Positions 28,258 to 38,399 of a stretch of 64,000 nucleotides of DNA are shown piece by piece; the first letter of the stretch is position 1; each line of letters begins with the position of its first letter. The position numbers and the translations under genes are program-made. The notes beneath the pieces are model-generated. The model was not told the DNA's origin. It saw only the letters and a list, made by a program, of their open reading frames with translations, and searched no databases. Source of the stretch: Candidatus Latescibacterota bacterium (GTDB taxonomy: Bacteria > Latescibacterota > UBA2968 > GCA-2709665); NCBI GenBank assembly GCA_965219995.1, contig CBDCOX010000002.1, positions 4,736,001 through 4,800,000 on the forward strand. The letters are read 5' to 3'.

Positions 28258-29064
28258 ATGTTCAACGGTAAAGTCGTCGCGATCACCGGTGCGTCGTCGG
28301 GTCTGGGCGCAACGCTGGCTCTGGCGTTCGCGGAAGAAGGGGCGGACCTGGCCCTTTTCGCGCTCGACGACGGCGTCCACGAAACGGCGGCTGAATGCCG
28401 GGAGCGCGGCAGCCGCGTGACGACCGCCACGGGCGACGTAGGAAAACCGGCGGACTGCGAGGGCTGGATCGACGCCGCGGTATCCGGACTGGGAGGCGTG
28501 GACTACCTGGTTGCGTGCGCGGGAATCAGCATGTGGGCGCGGTTCGACGAGGTGGAGGACCTGGCGATTTTTCGCAGGTTGATGGAAACGAACTACCTGG
28601 GTATCGTGCACTGCGTGTACTACGCGCTGCCTCATCTGAAGGCACGCGACGGGATGGTGGTGGCCATTTCCTCCATCCAGGGCAAGATCGGGGTTCCCCT
28701 GCACACGGGTTACGTGGCGTCCAAGCACGCCGTTCAGGGGTTCTTCGAGTCGCTGCGGACAGAACTGCTGGACACCGGCGTGGACGTGCTGACCGTGCTG
28801 CCACACTGGCTGCGCGGGACCAATCTGCGCAAGGCGGCCTTCGGCAAGGATGGCGGGGCTCTCGGCGGATCGAGCCGGAAGCACAGCAGGGAGTCGATAT
28901 CCCTGGACGACGCAAGCACGGCCATCATCGACGCGATGAAGAAGAGGAAGCGGGAACTGATCATCCCGTTCAAGCTCAGATTTCTGCCGTGGCTGCACCT
29001 GATCAATCCGAAGATCGTCGAATATCTGGTCACACGCGGGGTGGCGAAGCAGGAAAAAGGGTAG
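28258..29064 (+). CDS. SDR oxidoreductase, DHRS7B/PexRAP-like; candidate acyl/alkyl-DHAP reductase
   Basis: 'VVAITGASSGLG', 'ISSIQGK', catalytic 'YVASKHAVQGFFESLRTEL'. The SDR call is certain; the subfamily is inferred from motif resemblance and context. Confidence 0.8.
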   Translation: MFNGKVVAITGASSGLGATLALAFAEEGADLALFALDDGVHETAAECRERGSRVTTATGDVGKPADCEGWIDAAVSGLGGVDYLVACAGISMWARFDEVEDLAIFRRLMETNYLGIVHCVYYALPHLKARDGMVVAISSIQGKIGVPLHTGYVASKHAVQGFFESLRTELLDTGVDVLTVLPHWLRGTNLRKAAFGKDGGALGGSSRKHSRESISLDDASTAIIDAMKKRKRELIIPFKLRFLPWLHLINPKIVEYLVTRGVAKQEKG

Positions 29065-29103
29065 GCGCGGGTCGAGTCGGCGGCCGGCGGCGCGGGACCG
29101 GAT

Positions 29104-29790
29104 TCAGGAAAAGATCCCGTCCACGTCCAGGTGTTTATCAATCAGTTCGGGCATGCGTCCGAGATGCCCCGAATCCACGTCCACGCCGGGATCGAATGGC
29201 ACGATACCCAGTGAGTCGACCCCGGTGAGGCGAGAAATCACGTCCGGACTGCCGCGGGCGGCCCTCGGATCGCCGGGCCCGGTTGTGTTAAAGACAACGC
29301 CCCGGGTTTCCAGGTTGCGGGTTTTCGCGGCTTCGAGCGTGAGCAGGGTGTGATTGATCGTGCCGAGCGCCGCGCGGGCGACCACCAGCAGGGGCAGGCC
29401 CAGGCGGGCGGCAAGGTCCGCGACCAGGAGGTCGTCCCGAATTGGAACCAGCAGCCCGCCGACGCCTTCGACCAGAACGGTGTCATGAAGGCGTATCAGG
29501 CGGCTATATGCGGCCACGACCGGTTCCAGCGTGATCTGCCGGCCCTCCAGTTCGGCGGCCATGTTCGGCGACAACGGCGCTTCGAGTCGCACCGGATTGA
29601 TGAGTTCAAGATCATCGGAAACGCCTGCCGACCGGATGAGGAGTCGTGCGTCGGCCGCGCCTCCCGACGAGATGGGCTTGAAGACGCCCACGTCCACGCC
29701 CCGCCTGCGCAGAACGGCGGCGATCCCTGCGGTGATGGCGGTCTTGCCTGCGCCGGTGTCGGTGGCGGTGACGAAGACTCCCCTGGTCAT
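29104..29790 (-). CDS. bioD: Dethiobiotin synthase
   Basis: 'FVTATDTGAGKT', 'FKPISSG', 'VEGVGGLLVP', 'LGTINHTLL'. Confidence 0.96.
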   Translation of the reverse strand: MTRGVFVTATDTGAGKTAITAGIAAVLRRRGVDVGVFKPISSGGAADARLLIRSAGVSDDLELINPVRLEAPLSPNMAAELEGRQITLEPVVAAYSRLIRLHDTVLVEGVGGLLVPIRDDLLVADLAARLGLPLLVVARAALGTINHTLLTLEAAKTRNLETRGVVFNTTGPGDPRAARGSPDVISRLTGVDSLGIVPFDPGVDVDSGHLGRMPELIDKHLDVDGIFS

Positions 29791-29810
29791 AGTCTTGTTG
29801 TTCCCGGAAG

Positions 29811-31181
29811 TCAGGCCGCGTCCGTCACTTCGCGGATGGACTCGTAGGCGATATCCAGCAGCTTTTCGAGATCGCGGTCGGAAATGGCCAGGGGCGGCAT
29901 GAGGACGATGGTGTCCCCAAGGGGGCGGATGAGCAGACCCCGTTTTCGGGCCTCGACGCAGACGCGGTTACCCATTCTTTCCGACGTCGGATACGGCCGG
30001 CCGTCGGACCTGTCGGCAACCAGTTCGATGCCGGCGATGAACCCGCACCGGCGCACGTCGCCCGCGTGCGCGAGGGTCCTGAAGCGGTCGAGTCCGCGCG
30101 CGAGAAGCCGTATCCTGGGGCGCAGCGACGCCAGTACGTTGTGGCTCTCGAATCGTTCGATGGCGGCCAGCGCCGCGGCGCAGCCGAGCGGATTGCCTGT
30201 AAACGTGTGGCCGTGGAATAACGTCCTGCCTTCGCTGTCTTCGCCCAGAAACGCATCGAAGATCTCGCTGGTCGTCAGCGTCGCGGCTACGGGCAGGTAA
30301 CCGCCCGTGAGGCCCTTGCCCAGGCAGAGAATGTCCGGCGCGACGTCTTCTTTCTCACAGGCGAACATGGCGCCCGTACGGCCGAAGCCGGTTGCGACCT
30401 CGTCAGCGATGAGCAGCACGTCGTGCGCCCTGCAGAGCTCGGCGACCCTCTGTAGATAGCCCTCAGGATGAACCAGCATCCCGCCCGCGCCCTGAATGAG
30501 GGGTTCGATGATGAAGGCCGCGATGCGGTGGGCGTCCCGTTTCAGGATTTCTTCGATCGCCCGCAAGCAGCCCTGGTTGCACGCATTTTCGCGGGCGCAG
30601 AACGTACAGCGATACGGATGGGGCGCCGGGGCATTCAGCGACTTGAACAGGAGCGGGCCGTACGCCTTGTGAAAAAGGTCGATATTCCCCACGCTCATGG
30701 CGCCGACGGTGTCGCCATGATAGCTCCGCTCGAGGCTCAGAAAGCTGGTTTTTCCAGGTCTCGGATCCGGTCTTTGCCGCCAGTACTGGAAGGCGATCTT
30801 GAGCGCGATTTCTACGGCGCAGGCGCCCGTGTCCGAGTAGAACACGCGGTCCAGACCGGCAGGCGTGATTTCCACAAGTTTCTCGGCCAGCCGGATCGCG
30901 GGTACGTTGGAAAGTCCCAGCAGCGTGCTGTGCGCCACCCGGTCCAGTTGTCCGCGGATGGCGGTGTCGATTTCCGCGGCGCGGTGACCGTGCACGTTGC
31001 ACCACATGGAGGAGTAACCGTCGAGGTACTGGTTCCCGTCGATGTCTTCCAGGTAGACGCCGTCCGCGCGCGCGATGACGATGGGGTCCTCGCGCGCGTA
31101 CGTGCGCATCTGGGTGAACGGGTGCCAAACGAGGCGCCGGTCGAGGTCTTTCAGGCGGGCGTTTTCATCGGGGACTTCCAC
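29811..31181 (-). CDS. bioA: Adenosylmethionine-8-amino-7-oxononanoate aminotransferase
   Basis: 'VWHPFTQM', 'SYHGDT', 'DEVATGFGRTG', PLP lysine in 'LGKGLTGGY', 'FHGHTFTGNP'. Confidence 0.96.
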   Translation of the reverse strand: MEVPDENARLKDLDRRLVWHPFTQMRTYAREDPIVIARADGVYLEDIDGNQYLDGYSSMWCNVHGHRAAEIDTAIRGQLDRVAHSTLLGLSNVPAIRLAEKLVEITPAGLDRVFYSDTGACAVEIALKIAFQYWRQRPDPRPGKTSFLSLERSYHGDTVGAMSVGNIDLFHKAYGPLLFKSLNAPAPHPYRCTFCARENACNQGCLRAIEEILKRDAHRIAAFIIEPLIQGAGGMLVHPEGYLQRVAELCRAHDVLLIADEVATGFGRTGAMFACEKEDVAPDILCLGKGLTGGYLPVAATLTTSEIFDAFLGEDSEGRTLFHGHTFTGNPLGCAAALAAIERFESHNVLASLRPRIRLLARGLDRFRTLAHAGDVRRCGFIAGIELVADRSDGRPYPTSERMGNRVCVEARKRGLLIRPLGDTIVLMPPLAISDRDLEKLLDIAYESIREVTDAA

Positions 31182-31208
31182 GGGGCCGGATCCACCCGGA
31201 AAATTTGG

Positions 31209-32144
31209 TTACTGCATGCTTGCGCCGATGCTCTCGAGGATGTCAATCGGCATTTTGCAGACCATTGTGTACGCGGGGTCGTAGACGTTGCCCACGTCGT
31301 ATTCCACGGCCTGGCCCATGAGGATGTGAATGGACCGGGCATCCAGGCCGTAGTCTTCCTGGAGGAATCGGATCAGCTCGGTGGTGGCGTGCTGCGTCGC
31401 CTGGTCCAGCGGTCGGGCGTTGCCCACGGCCATCACGTGGGTTTCGTTGATTGCCCTGGGCCACTGAATGGTCTTGCCCTTCAGAAGCCGCAGCGTGAAG
31501 GTTACGTCGAAGGAGATTTCGATACCCGTGCCCGCGATTTCGCCGTCGCCCTGCACGGCGTGGCCGTCGCCGATGTGGAACAGCCCGCCCTCGACGAAGA
31601 CGGGGAAATACACGGTGACGCCCTGGACGAACTCCCGGTAGTCCATGTTGCCGCCATGCGTATCGGAAGTGGCGGTGGAGATGGCCTGGCCGCGGGGCGG
31701 CGCCACACCGAAGCAGCCCACCATTGGTTTCAGGGGGATCCGGAGCCTGCCGATGGGGAGGTCGTCGAAGCCGATGGGCGTGGCCGTGTTGTTGTCGAAG
31801 TCTATTTCCCAGTCCAGGAGGCGGCCTCGGTCGTCGTCGAATTCGGGCCTGTACCCGAAGTCAAGGACGTTGGCGGCGACAACGCCCGACGTGTATCCGA
31901 TATTGCGGTTGGGCGCCAGTTTGTCGAAGGTAACCGCCAGCGTATCGCCCGGTTCCGCGCCCTCGAGGTAGAAGGGCCCCGTCTGGGGATTGCCTGCCGG
32001 CGTGACGGGTTTGCCCGTGGCATCGCTTCCGCCGGCGTCCACCGTGGTGGTTGTGACGGTGTCGCCGCTTGCGACGTGCAGCACCGGGTCGTGCGCGCCG
32101 ATGGCGGTGTGATAGGTTTCAGGGACGAAGTGGTGGTGAGCCAT
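31209..32144 (-). CDS. Acetamidase/formamidase family protein
   Basis: 'NPQTGPFYLEGAEPGD', 'HGGNMD', 'GDGHAVQGDGEI...IE'. ATG at 32144 with a GAGGAG RBS. Confidence 0.92.
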   Translation of the reverse strand: MAHHHFVPETYHTAIGAHDPVLHVASGDTVTTTTVDAGGSDATGKPVTPAGNPQTGPFYLEGAEPGDTLAVTFDKLAPNRNIGYTSGVVAANVLDFGYRPEFDDDRGRLLDWEIDFDNNTATPIGFDDLPIGRLRIPLKPMVGCFGVAPPRGQAISTATSDTHGGNMDYREFVQGVTVYFPVFVEGGLFHIGDGHAVQGDGEIAGTGIEISFDVTFTLRLLKGKTIQWPRAINETHVMAVGNARPLDQATQHATTELIRFLQEDYGLDARSIHILMGQAVEYDVGNVYDPAYTMVCKMPIDILESIGASMQ

Positions 32145-32227
32145 GTGTACTCCTCTAAAGAAAGTGCGGGTCAGGCGATCGGCGGTTCCTGGAACCCGCC
32201 GGCGGGCGCCCGGTTTCGGTGGTTTCG

Positions 32228-33148
32228 TTACTGGGGTACCGCGATCATGCGGATGTTCGAGGGTGCTTTCCACGCGGACGCCCAGGTCTGGCCATGGTCC
32301 CCGCTCCCGTAAAGAGTGTCGTCCACGACCGACCACGCCTGGCCGTCCGGCGTGAAGCCGACGTGGAAGGTATCGATATTGCCCGCCGTGGTCTCGGGGA
32401 ACCCATTGGTGACGTGCGACCATTCGCGGCCCGCGTTCTCGGTCCGGTAGAGTTGGCCCTGGGCGTCTCCGCGGGGCCCCGTGCTGACCGATGCCAGAAG
32501 GCATTCCGGTTCTTCAGGGTGCACGGCGATGGCCCGGCCGTAGAAATAGGGAAAGCCGTCGGGGCGGTGCTGCCAGGACCTCCCGCGGTCGTCGCTGAGA
32601 TAGACGGCCCGGGCCGTGTTCGCGTAGACCCGGTCGGCTTCCACGGGCGACGTGGCGACCTGATGCACGTCCGGGTGCAGGTCCGGCGTGACGGGTTCCC
32701 AGGTGCGGCCCCGGTCGGGCGAACGCATGATGCTGCCCACGTGAATGTCTGCGTAGACCCAGCCGTCCCGGGTGGAGGCCATGCTCCGGACGGCCGCGGG
32801 GCCGCCCCAGGGCGTGTACCAGTCATCGCGGCACTCGAGCGCGTCGAAAGCGTCCAAACGTTCGGCACCGGCTTCCGTCACGGCGTAAACGTGGGGCGCC
32901 TCCACGCCCACGAGGAAGCGCAGCGGTTCTTCCTCGAGGATGAGAACGCATTCTACAGGCTCTTCGATACCGGTTGCCAGGGTCCGCGTGCCGTTCTGCG
33001 ACAGGACGGCGACTTCTCCGTCTTGCAACGCGGCGAGGCCTGTGGACCGGCCTTCCGCGATGGCCTGGACGCCGCCGTCGATAACGGGTTGCGGTGCGGT
33101 CTCCCCGCCATTCAGGGTATACAGGGTGTCACGGGTGGCGATTAACAT
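32228..33148 (-). CDS. BNR/Asp-box beta-propeller protein (WD40/YVTN-like)
   Basis: Repeated Asp-boxes: SPDRGRTW, SDDRGRSW, TENAGREW, SGDHGQTW. Confidence 0.85.
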   Translation of the reverse strand: MLIATRDTLYTLNGGETAPQPVIDGGVQAIAEGRSTGLAALQDGEVAVLSQNGTRTLATGIEEPVECVLILEEEPLRFLVGVEAPHVYAVTEAGAERLDAFDALECRDDWYTPWGGPAAVRSMASTRDGWVYADIHVGSIMRSPDRGRTWEPVTPDLHPDVHQVATSPVEADRVYANTARAVYLSDDRGRSWQHRPDGFPYFYGRAIAVHPEEPECLLASVSTGPRGDAQGQLYRTENAGREWSHVTNGFPETTAGNIDTFHVGFTPDGQAWSVVDDTLYGSGDHGQTWASAWKAPSNIRMIAVPQ

Positions 33149-33229
33149 ACCGGCTCCTTTCGCACAGGATGTTGTCCCGCGGGATGCGGTTCCCGATGGC
33201 GTCTCTCAGACCCGGTCGAGCGCGGCCCC

Positions 33230-34294
33230 TCAAAAGTAGCGGACATCGCGGCCCCCGTCCGGCAACGGCAGGTCGACCGCGCGGTGTTCGTCCGCGGCCC
33301 GATTCCAGGCCAGGCAGAGTTCCAGTACGTTGCGCGCGTGTTCCGGGGTCACGTCGAGCGGATGACTGTCGCGGACGGAGTGGACGAAGCGTTCGACCGC
33401 GGCGTCGATGGTATCGTTCTGAGCGCGGTAGAACACGCGGGGAGCGCCCCCGTCGTCTTTGTGCCAGACGATGCCTTCCATGACATCCAGATGCGCGCGG
33501 GCGATACCGTCGGCGCCGACCACTTCCATTTCCCAGGCCGGTGCGCCGCAGGAGACGTTGAAGATGATGTCCATGGATCCCATACGCCCGTCTTCGAACC
33601 GGACGGTGCCCTTGCCGGTATCCATCCAGATGCTGTGCGGCGTGGCCAGGTTGTCGTATTCGGCATAGGCGCGCACGGCGGGTGAATCGATGAGCCAGAG
33701 CAGCAGGTCCGCGGCGTAGACGCCCAGGGAAAGCCCGATGCCGCCCTGTCCGGGGCCGAATTCGCCGCTGCCTTCGAAGACCGTTCCCGGCCCGAAGCAG
33801 CCGTGCTGAATCCATGCCCTCGACGTGATGACGCGTCCGACGGCCCCGTCCCGCACCCGGGTCGCCATCGCGCGGATGGCGCCGTCTTCCCGTCCGGGCA
33901 GCAGGGCGGACAGCAGCACGTCGTTTCGGCGGGCCGCGGCGATCATGGCGTCCGCGCCCTCGAGGGTCATGCACATCGGCTTGCTGATAAAGGCGTGCGC
34001 GCCCGCGTCCATTGCCTCGGCCGCCTGTTGCGGCTTCAGCCTGTCCCGGCACGTCACGAACACGAGGTCGAGCGACTCGGCGCGGACCATCTCCGGCACC
34101 GTGGCATAGCCCCGGACGCCGTATTGGGCGCCGAACGCCTCTCTCGATTTCATACCGAGTCTGCCGAGGGTTTCGTCGCTCTGGTCCAGATGCGCGTACG
34201 CCGCCAGGTCGATGTCCGGGTTACGCATCGCGGATCGGGCAAACGCGTTCGAATAGTAGGATCCGATGCCGCACACGCCCGCTCTCAGCGCCAT
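33230..34294 (-). CDS. Gfo/Idh/MocA family oxidoreductase
   Basis: Rossmann 'GVCGIG', 'SKPM' (variant of EKP). ATG at 34294. Confidence 0.85.
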   Translation of the reverse strand: MALRAGVCGIGSYYSNAFARSAMRNPDIDLAAYAHLDQSDETLGRLGMKSREAFGAQYGVRGYATVPEMVRAESLDLVFVTCRDRLKPQQAAEAMDAGAHAFISKPMCMTLEGADAMIAAARRNDVLLSALLPGREDGAIRAMATRVRDGAVGRVITSRAWIQHGCFGPGTVFEGSGEFGPGQGGIGLSLGVYAADLLLWLIDSPAVRAYAEYDNLATPHSIWMDTGKGTVRFEDGRMGSMDIIFNVSCGAPAWEMEVVGADGIARAHLDVMEGIVWHKDDGGAPRVFYRAQNDTIDAAVERFVHSVRDSHPLDVTPEHARNVLELCLAWNRAADEHRAVDLPLPDGGRDVRYF

Positions 34295-34544
34295 GGTTTC
34301 GTTCTCCCCGTTCCCGATGACGAACGGCGTCGACTCGCGGATCAACCCGCCGGTCTTCCCGTCCCTCGCCGCGCGTACTCACTCGCCGTTCGCGCGGGTA
34401 TTCATGTCAAAATCAGCGGCATTGTCAAGCGCAATCGTTCACGTATGCGGGCTGGCGCGGGTGCGTGGCGCTCCCGGACGGAAAGGAGCCCTGGTGCCGG
34501 GAAATGCCGGACTCGCAATCAGAAAACACGTGACAGGAGGCTGA

Positions 34545-35987
34545 ATGAACCAGGGTAAAACCGGGATTCGGCTGGAGACGGCGGACGAGGCGCGGCTGCG
34601 CGCGCACCATTCGCCGGCCGTCAGGGACACCGGCGAACAACTGTGCGGGATCCGGGAGCTTTTTTCAAAAGAGGCGTCCCTGTCCACGGATTCCCTTGCG
34701 CGGTACGGGCGCGCATGGACGCGCAGCCACCTGCAGGACGGGGACGTCAGACGCGCGGTGGACCTCGCCGACCGCGCGCGGGACGACTTCGACGCGCTGG
34801 TCACGGTGGGCGTTGGAGGGTCCGACCTGAGCGCGCGGGTCTTCCACGACGTACTCAATCCCGCGTACCACAATCTCCTGACCCCAGATGAACGGGGCGG
34901 CGCGCCGGAAGTCTACTTCGCCGGTGATACCTTCGATCCGAGGCGGCTGAGGGCTCTGCTGGGGATGCTGGACCGGCGCGGGGTACTGGAACGCACCCTC
35001 TTCAACGTGATCAGCAAATCCGGGCGCACGGGCGAGACTGTCAGCGCGTTGATGGTGGTGCGGGAATGGCTGTTGCGGCGCGCCCACGGGAACAGGAAAG
35101 ATAGGCGTAGCTACATTGTGGCTACAACGGGGTCGGACGCAGGCAGCGCCCTGTATGCAATGCACGGGCAACGTCCGTTCTACGGCGACACGCCGCTGCC
35201 CGTACCCGAGGGCGTGGGAGGCAGGTTTTCGGCATTTTCGCCCGTGGGTACGTTCTTCCTGGCGATGACAACCGGAAAGCGGACGACACCCGGTTCTCGC
35301 GTCAGGGCCCTGCTCGGCGGGGTTGCCTGGGCCGACGCGCGCTGGGGCCTGCCCCGCAAGGACGAGCGCAACATCGCCTACCGCCTCGCCCGGTGGCTGC
35401 ATCTCCACGAACGGTACGGGGGGAAGCGGGCGCTGGTGTTCTACAACTACGCGGACAACCGGTGTCTCGGAACCTGGTTCCAGCAGCTGTACGACGAATC
35501 GCTGCAGGAACGGGGCGGCGGCCTCCACGTCGTCCCCGTCGTCGGACCGTCGGGCAACCACTCCGTTCTGAACGGGATCGTTGGCGGCCGTGCGGACCGG
35601 GCGGTTCTCTTCGTACACTGGGAGGACCTGGGGCGGGACCTGCAAATCCCGGATGGAGCGGAAATCAGGGGCGAGACGGCGTCGTTCGGCGGGCTGCGTA
35701 TGAGCGAGGCGCAGTCGATTTCTTACCTTGGCACGCGCAGGGACTTTTCCGCGCGCGGGATTCCAATCGCGACGCTGCACGTTGCACGGCGGGACGAGAG
35801 ACACCTTGGCGCCCTGATGCGCGTATTGATGGATACCGTCGCGGTGAAGGGACGCCTGCAGGGCCTGCACGTCAACGACGCGGGCGAGGTGGATCCCGCC
35901 GCCGATCTCACGTATTCGCAGGCCGGCGTGGAAGGATATAAACAGCGAACGCACGAGCTGGTGCATCAGATGAAATCCCGGCGCTGA
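34545..35987 (+). CDS. pgi: Glucose-6-phosphate isomerase (divergent)
   Basis: 'GVGGSDL', '[10 protein letters not shown]', 'VGGRFS', 'QQLYDES' (Glu), 'GNHS' (His), 'QAGVEGYK' (Lys). Confidence 0.85.
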   Translation: MNQGKTGIRLETADEARLRAHHSPAVRDTGEQLCGIRELFSKEASLSTDSLARYGRAWTRSHLQDGDVRRAVDLADRARDDFDALVTVGVGGSDLSARVFHDVLNPAYHNLLTPDERGGAPEVYFAGDTFDPRRLRALLGMLDRRGVLERTLFNVISKSGRTGETVSALMVVREWLLRRAHGNRKDRRSYIVATTGSDAGSALYAMHGQRPFYGDTPLPVPEGVGGRFSAFSPVGTFFLAMTTGKRTTPGSRVRALLGGVAWADARWGLPRKDERNIAYRLARWLHLHERYGGKRALVFYNYADNRCLGTWFQQLYDESLQERGGGLHVVPVVGPSGNHSVLNGIVGGRADRAVLFVHWEDLGRDLQIPDGAEIRGETASFGGLRMSEAQSISYLGTRRDFSARGIPIATLHVARRDERHLGALMRVLMDTVAVKGRLQGLHVNDAGEVDPAADLTYSQAGVEGYKQRTHELVHQMKSRR

Positions 35988-36115
35988 CGCATCGCCGCGG
36001 ACAGCAGGAGGATTGCCGGAAAGGCGGGGCCGGGCTTCCTGTTGTGCCGCCATTTTGTTCTGATTATCTTGGCCGCTGGCGCGGTTTATCCGAAAGAGAG
36101 AAAGGGAGCGGATCG

Positions 36116-38308
36116 ATGGCTGTTGAGATTGGCGGCTTGCGGGTAAGCGAGATCCTTTACGATCTGGTCGGCGATGAGATCGCCCCCGGCACGGATGTGG
36201 CCCCGGATGCCTTCTGGACGGCGCTGGGAGAGATCGTCCGGGATCTGGGCCCGGGGAATCGGGCGCTGCTGCAAACGCGGGACTGCATTCAGGAGAAGAT
36301 GGACCGGTGGTACCGGGAGAGGAAGGCCCAGCCCATCGACCGGGAGGGGTACCGGGCATTTCTGGCCGACATCGGCTACCTGGTGCCGGAGGGCGACCAT
36401 TTCGAGCTGACCACGGCGCGCGTGGATTCCGAAATCGCAAATGTTGCCGGCCCCCAGCTGGTGGTGCCGGTGGACAATGCGCGTTACGCGCTGAACGCGG
36501 CGAATGCGCGTTGGGGCAGTCTTTACGACGCCCTGTACGGAACAGACGTGATTCCGGAGGAGCCCGGCGCCGAAAAAGGCGACTCCTACAACCCGGTCCG
36601 GGGAGCACGGGTGATCGAAGCGGCGGAAGCGTTTCTGGATGACGTGGCGGGTCTGGCATCCGGTCGATGGTCGGAGGCGACGCGTTTTGCCCTGGAAGAC
36701 GCGGACGGGACCCGACGGCTCGTTGTCGCGCTTCGGAGCGGTGCGGAGGTCGGCCTCGCTAACCCCGAACAGTTCGCCGGGTACCGGAAGGATGAGGGCG
36801 AACTCTCGAGCGTGCTGCTGGTGAACAACGGTCTTCACGTAGAGATCCGGATCGACCGGAACCATCCGGTTGGCGCCGCGCATCCCGCCGGCGTCAGGGA
36901 CGTCCTGCTGGAGGCTGCGGTGACGACGATCCAGGACTGCGAGGACTCGGTTTCGGCCGTGGATGCGGAGGACAAGGCGCGTGTATACGCCAACTGGAAC
37001 GGAATCATGAAGGGAACGCTGGTGACGACCTTTGACAAGGGCGGTCGGCCGATGACGCGGCGGCTGAATCCGGACCGGGAGTTTACGGCTCCGGACGGCG
37101 GGGCCTTCGCCCTGCCGGGACGGAGCCTCCTGCTGGTGCGGAACGTCGGCATCCACATGTACACCGATAGCGTGACGACCGGCGACGGCGAGGAGATTCC
37201 CGAGGGGTTTCTGGACGCGATGGTGACCGCGCTTGCGGCCAAACACGATTTGAAGCGGGAGGGCGGATTCGTAAACAGCCGCGCGGGCAGCATCTACATC
37301 GTGAAACCCAAACTGCACGGACCGGATGAGGTCGCGGCCACGATCCAACTGTTCGAGCGCGTGGAAGCGGCGCTGGGACTGGAGCGCAATACGCTCAAGG
37401 TCGGCATTATGGATGAAGAGCGAAGGACCACGGTAAACCTGAAAGCGGCGATTCGTGAGGCGCGGGACCGGGTGGTGTTTATCAATACAGGATTCCTGGA
37501 CCGGACTGGCGACGAGATCCATACGAGCATGGCAGCCGGTCCGATGCATCCGAAGGCGGACATCAGGGCGCAACCGTGGCTTGCGGCGTACGAGGACTGG
37601 AACGTGGACGTGGGTGTGGAGACCGGCTTCAGCGGCAGGGGGCAAATCGGGAAAGGGATGTGGACGATGCCGGATGAAATGCGGGAGATGGTGGAGACCA
37701 AGGTTGGACATCCGGAAGCGGGCGCGAGCACGGCGTGGGTGCCGTCCCCCACGGCGGCGGTTCTTCATGCCATGCACTATCATCGGGTGGACGTCTCGGC
37801 CAGGCAGGCGGAGCTTGCCCGGCGGGGGCGGGCGAACCTGGACGATATCCTCACGCCGCCGCTGCTGGACCGCGAACTGACGGGGGACGAGATCCAGCGG
37901 GAGCTGGACAACAACGCCCAGGGCATCCTGGGCTACGTCGTGCGGTGGGTGGACCAGGGCGTGGGATGCTCGAAGGTTCCGGACATCAACGACGTGGGCC
38001 TGATGGAGGACCGGGCGACGCTGCGCATTTCCAGCCAGCACATCGCCAACTGGCTGCACCACGGGATCGTGAGCGAAGCGCAGGTGCGGGCGACTTTTGA
38101 GAAAATGGCGGCCCTGGTCGACGAGCAGAACAGCGGGGATCCGGACTATCGGAACATGGCGCCGGACTTCGATCGAAACGTCGCGTTTCAGGCCGCGCTG
38201 GACCTGGTGTTCGAGGGTACGGCGGAGCCGAACGGCTATACGGAACGGGTGCTGCACCAGCGGCGGCGTCAGGTGAAAGAGCGGGGAGACGCTGGACGTG
38301 AGACTTGA
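36116..38308 (+). CDS. glcB: Malate synthase G
   Basis: 'GPQLVVP', '[13 protein letters not shown]', 'DCEDS', 'RNVG', 'MDEERRT', 'NTGFLDR', 'CSKVPD', '[12 protein letters not shown]'. ATG at 36116. Confidence 0.97.
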   Translation: MAVEIGGLRVSEILYDLVGDEIAPGTDVAPDAFWTALGEIVRDLGPGNRALLQTRDCIQEKMDRWYRERKAQPIDREGYRAFLADIGYLVPEGDHFELTTARVDSEIANVAGPQLVVPVDNARYALNAANARWGSLYDALYGTDVIPEEPGAEKGDSYNPVRGARVIEAAEAFLDDVAGLASGRWSEATRFALEDADGTRRLVVALRSGAEVGLANPEQFAGYRKDEGELSSVLLVNNGLHVEIRIDRNHPVGAAHPAGVRDVLLEAAVTTIQDCEDSVSAVDAEDKARVYANWNGIMKGTLVTTFDKGGRPMTRRLNPDREFTAPDGGAFALPGRSLLLVRNVGIHMYTDSVTTGDGEEIPEGFLDAMVTALAAKHDLKREGGFVNSRAGSIYIVKPKLHGPDEVAATIQLFERVEAALGLERNTLKVGIMDEERRTTVNLKAAIREARDRVVFINTGFLDRTGDEIHTSMAAGPMHPKADIRAQPWLAAYEDWNVDVGVETGFSGRGQIGKGMWTMPDEMREMVETKVGHPEAGASTAWVPSPTAAVLHAMHYHRVDVSARQAELARRGRANLDDILTPPLLDRELTGDEIQRELDNNAQGILGYVVRWVDQGVGCSKVPDINDVGLMEDRATLRISSQHIANWLHHGIVSEAQVRATFEKMAALVDEQNSGDPDYRNMAPDFDRNVAFQAALDLVFEGTAEPNGYTERVLHQRRRQVKERGDAGRET

Positions 38309-38321
38309 GACGGGTTGTTCA

Positions 38322-38349
38322 TTGACTTTTCTCGCATGACGTGTAACTT
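38322..38349 (+). promoter_or_regulatory. Putative sigma70 promoter for the molybdoenzyme operon
   Basis: TTGACT (38322), 16-bp spacer, TAACTT (38344), about 50 bp upstream of the ATG with its AGGAGG RBS. Confidence 0.4.
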
Positions 38350-38399
38350 AGGTACCGCTTCTTTCGGTGTGCAATTGTCCGAATTCAGGAGGGCGGGAT

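Noticed and set aside
34545-35987. pgi as a pseudogene because of its divergence and Arg-rich composition
   Set aside because: The frame is uninterrupted and the catalytic Glu, His and Lys motifs are retained.
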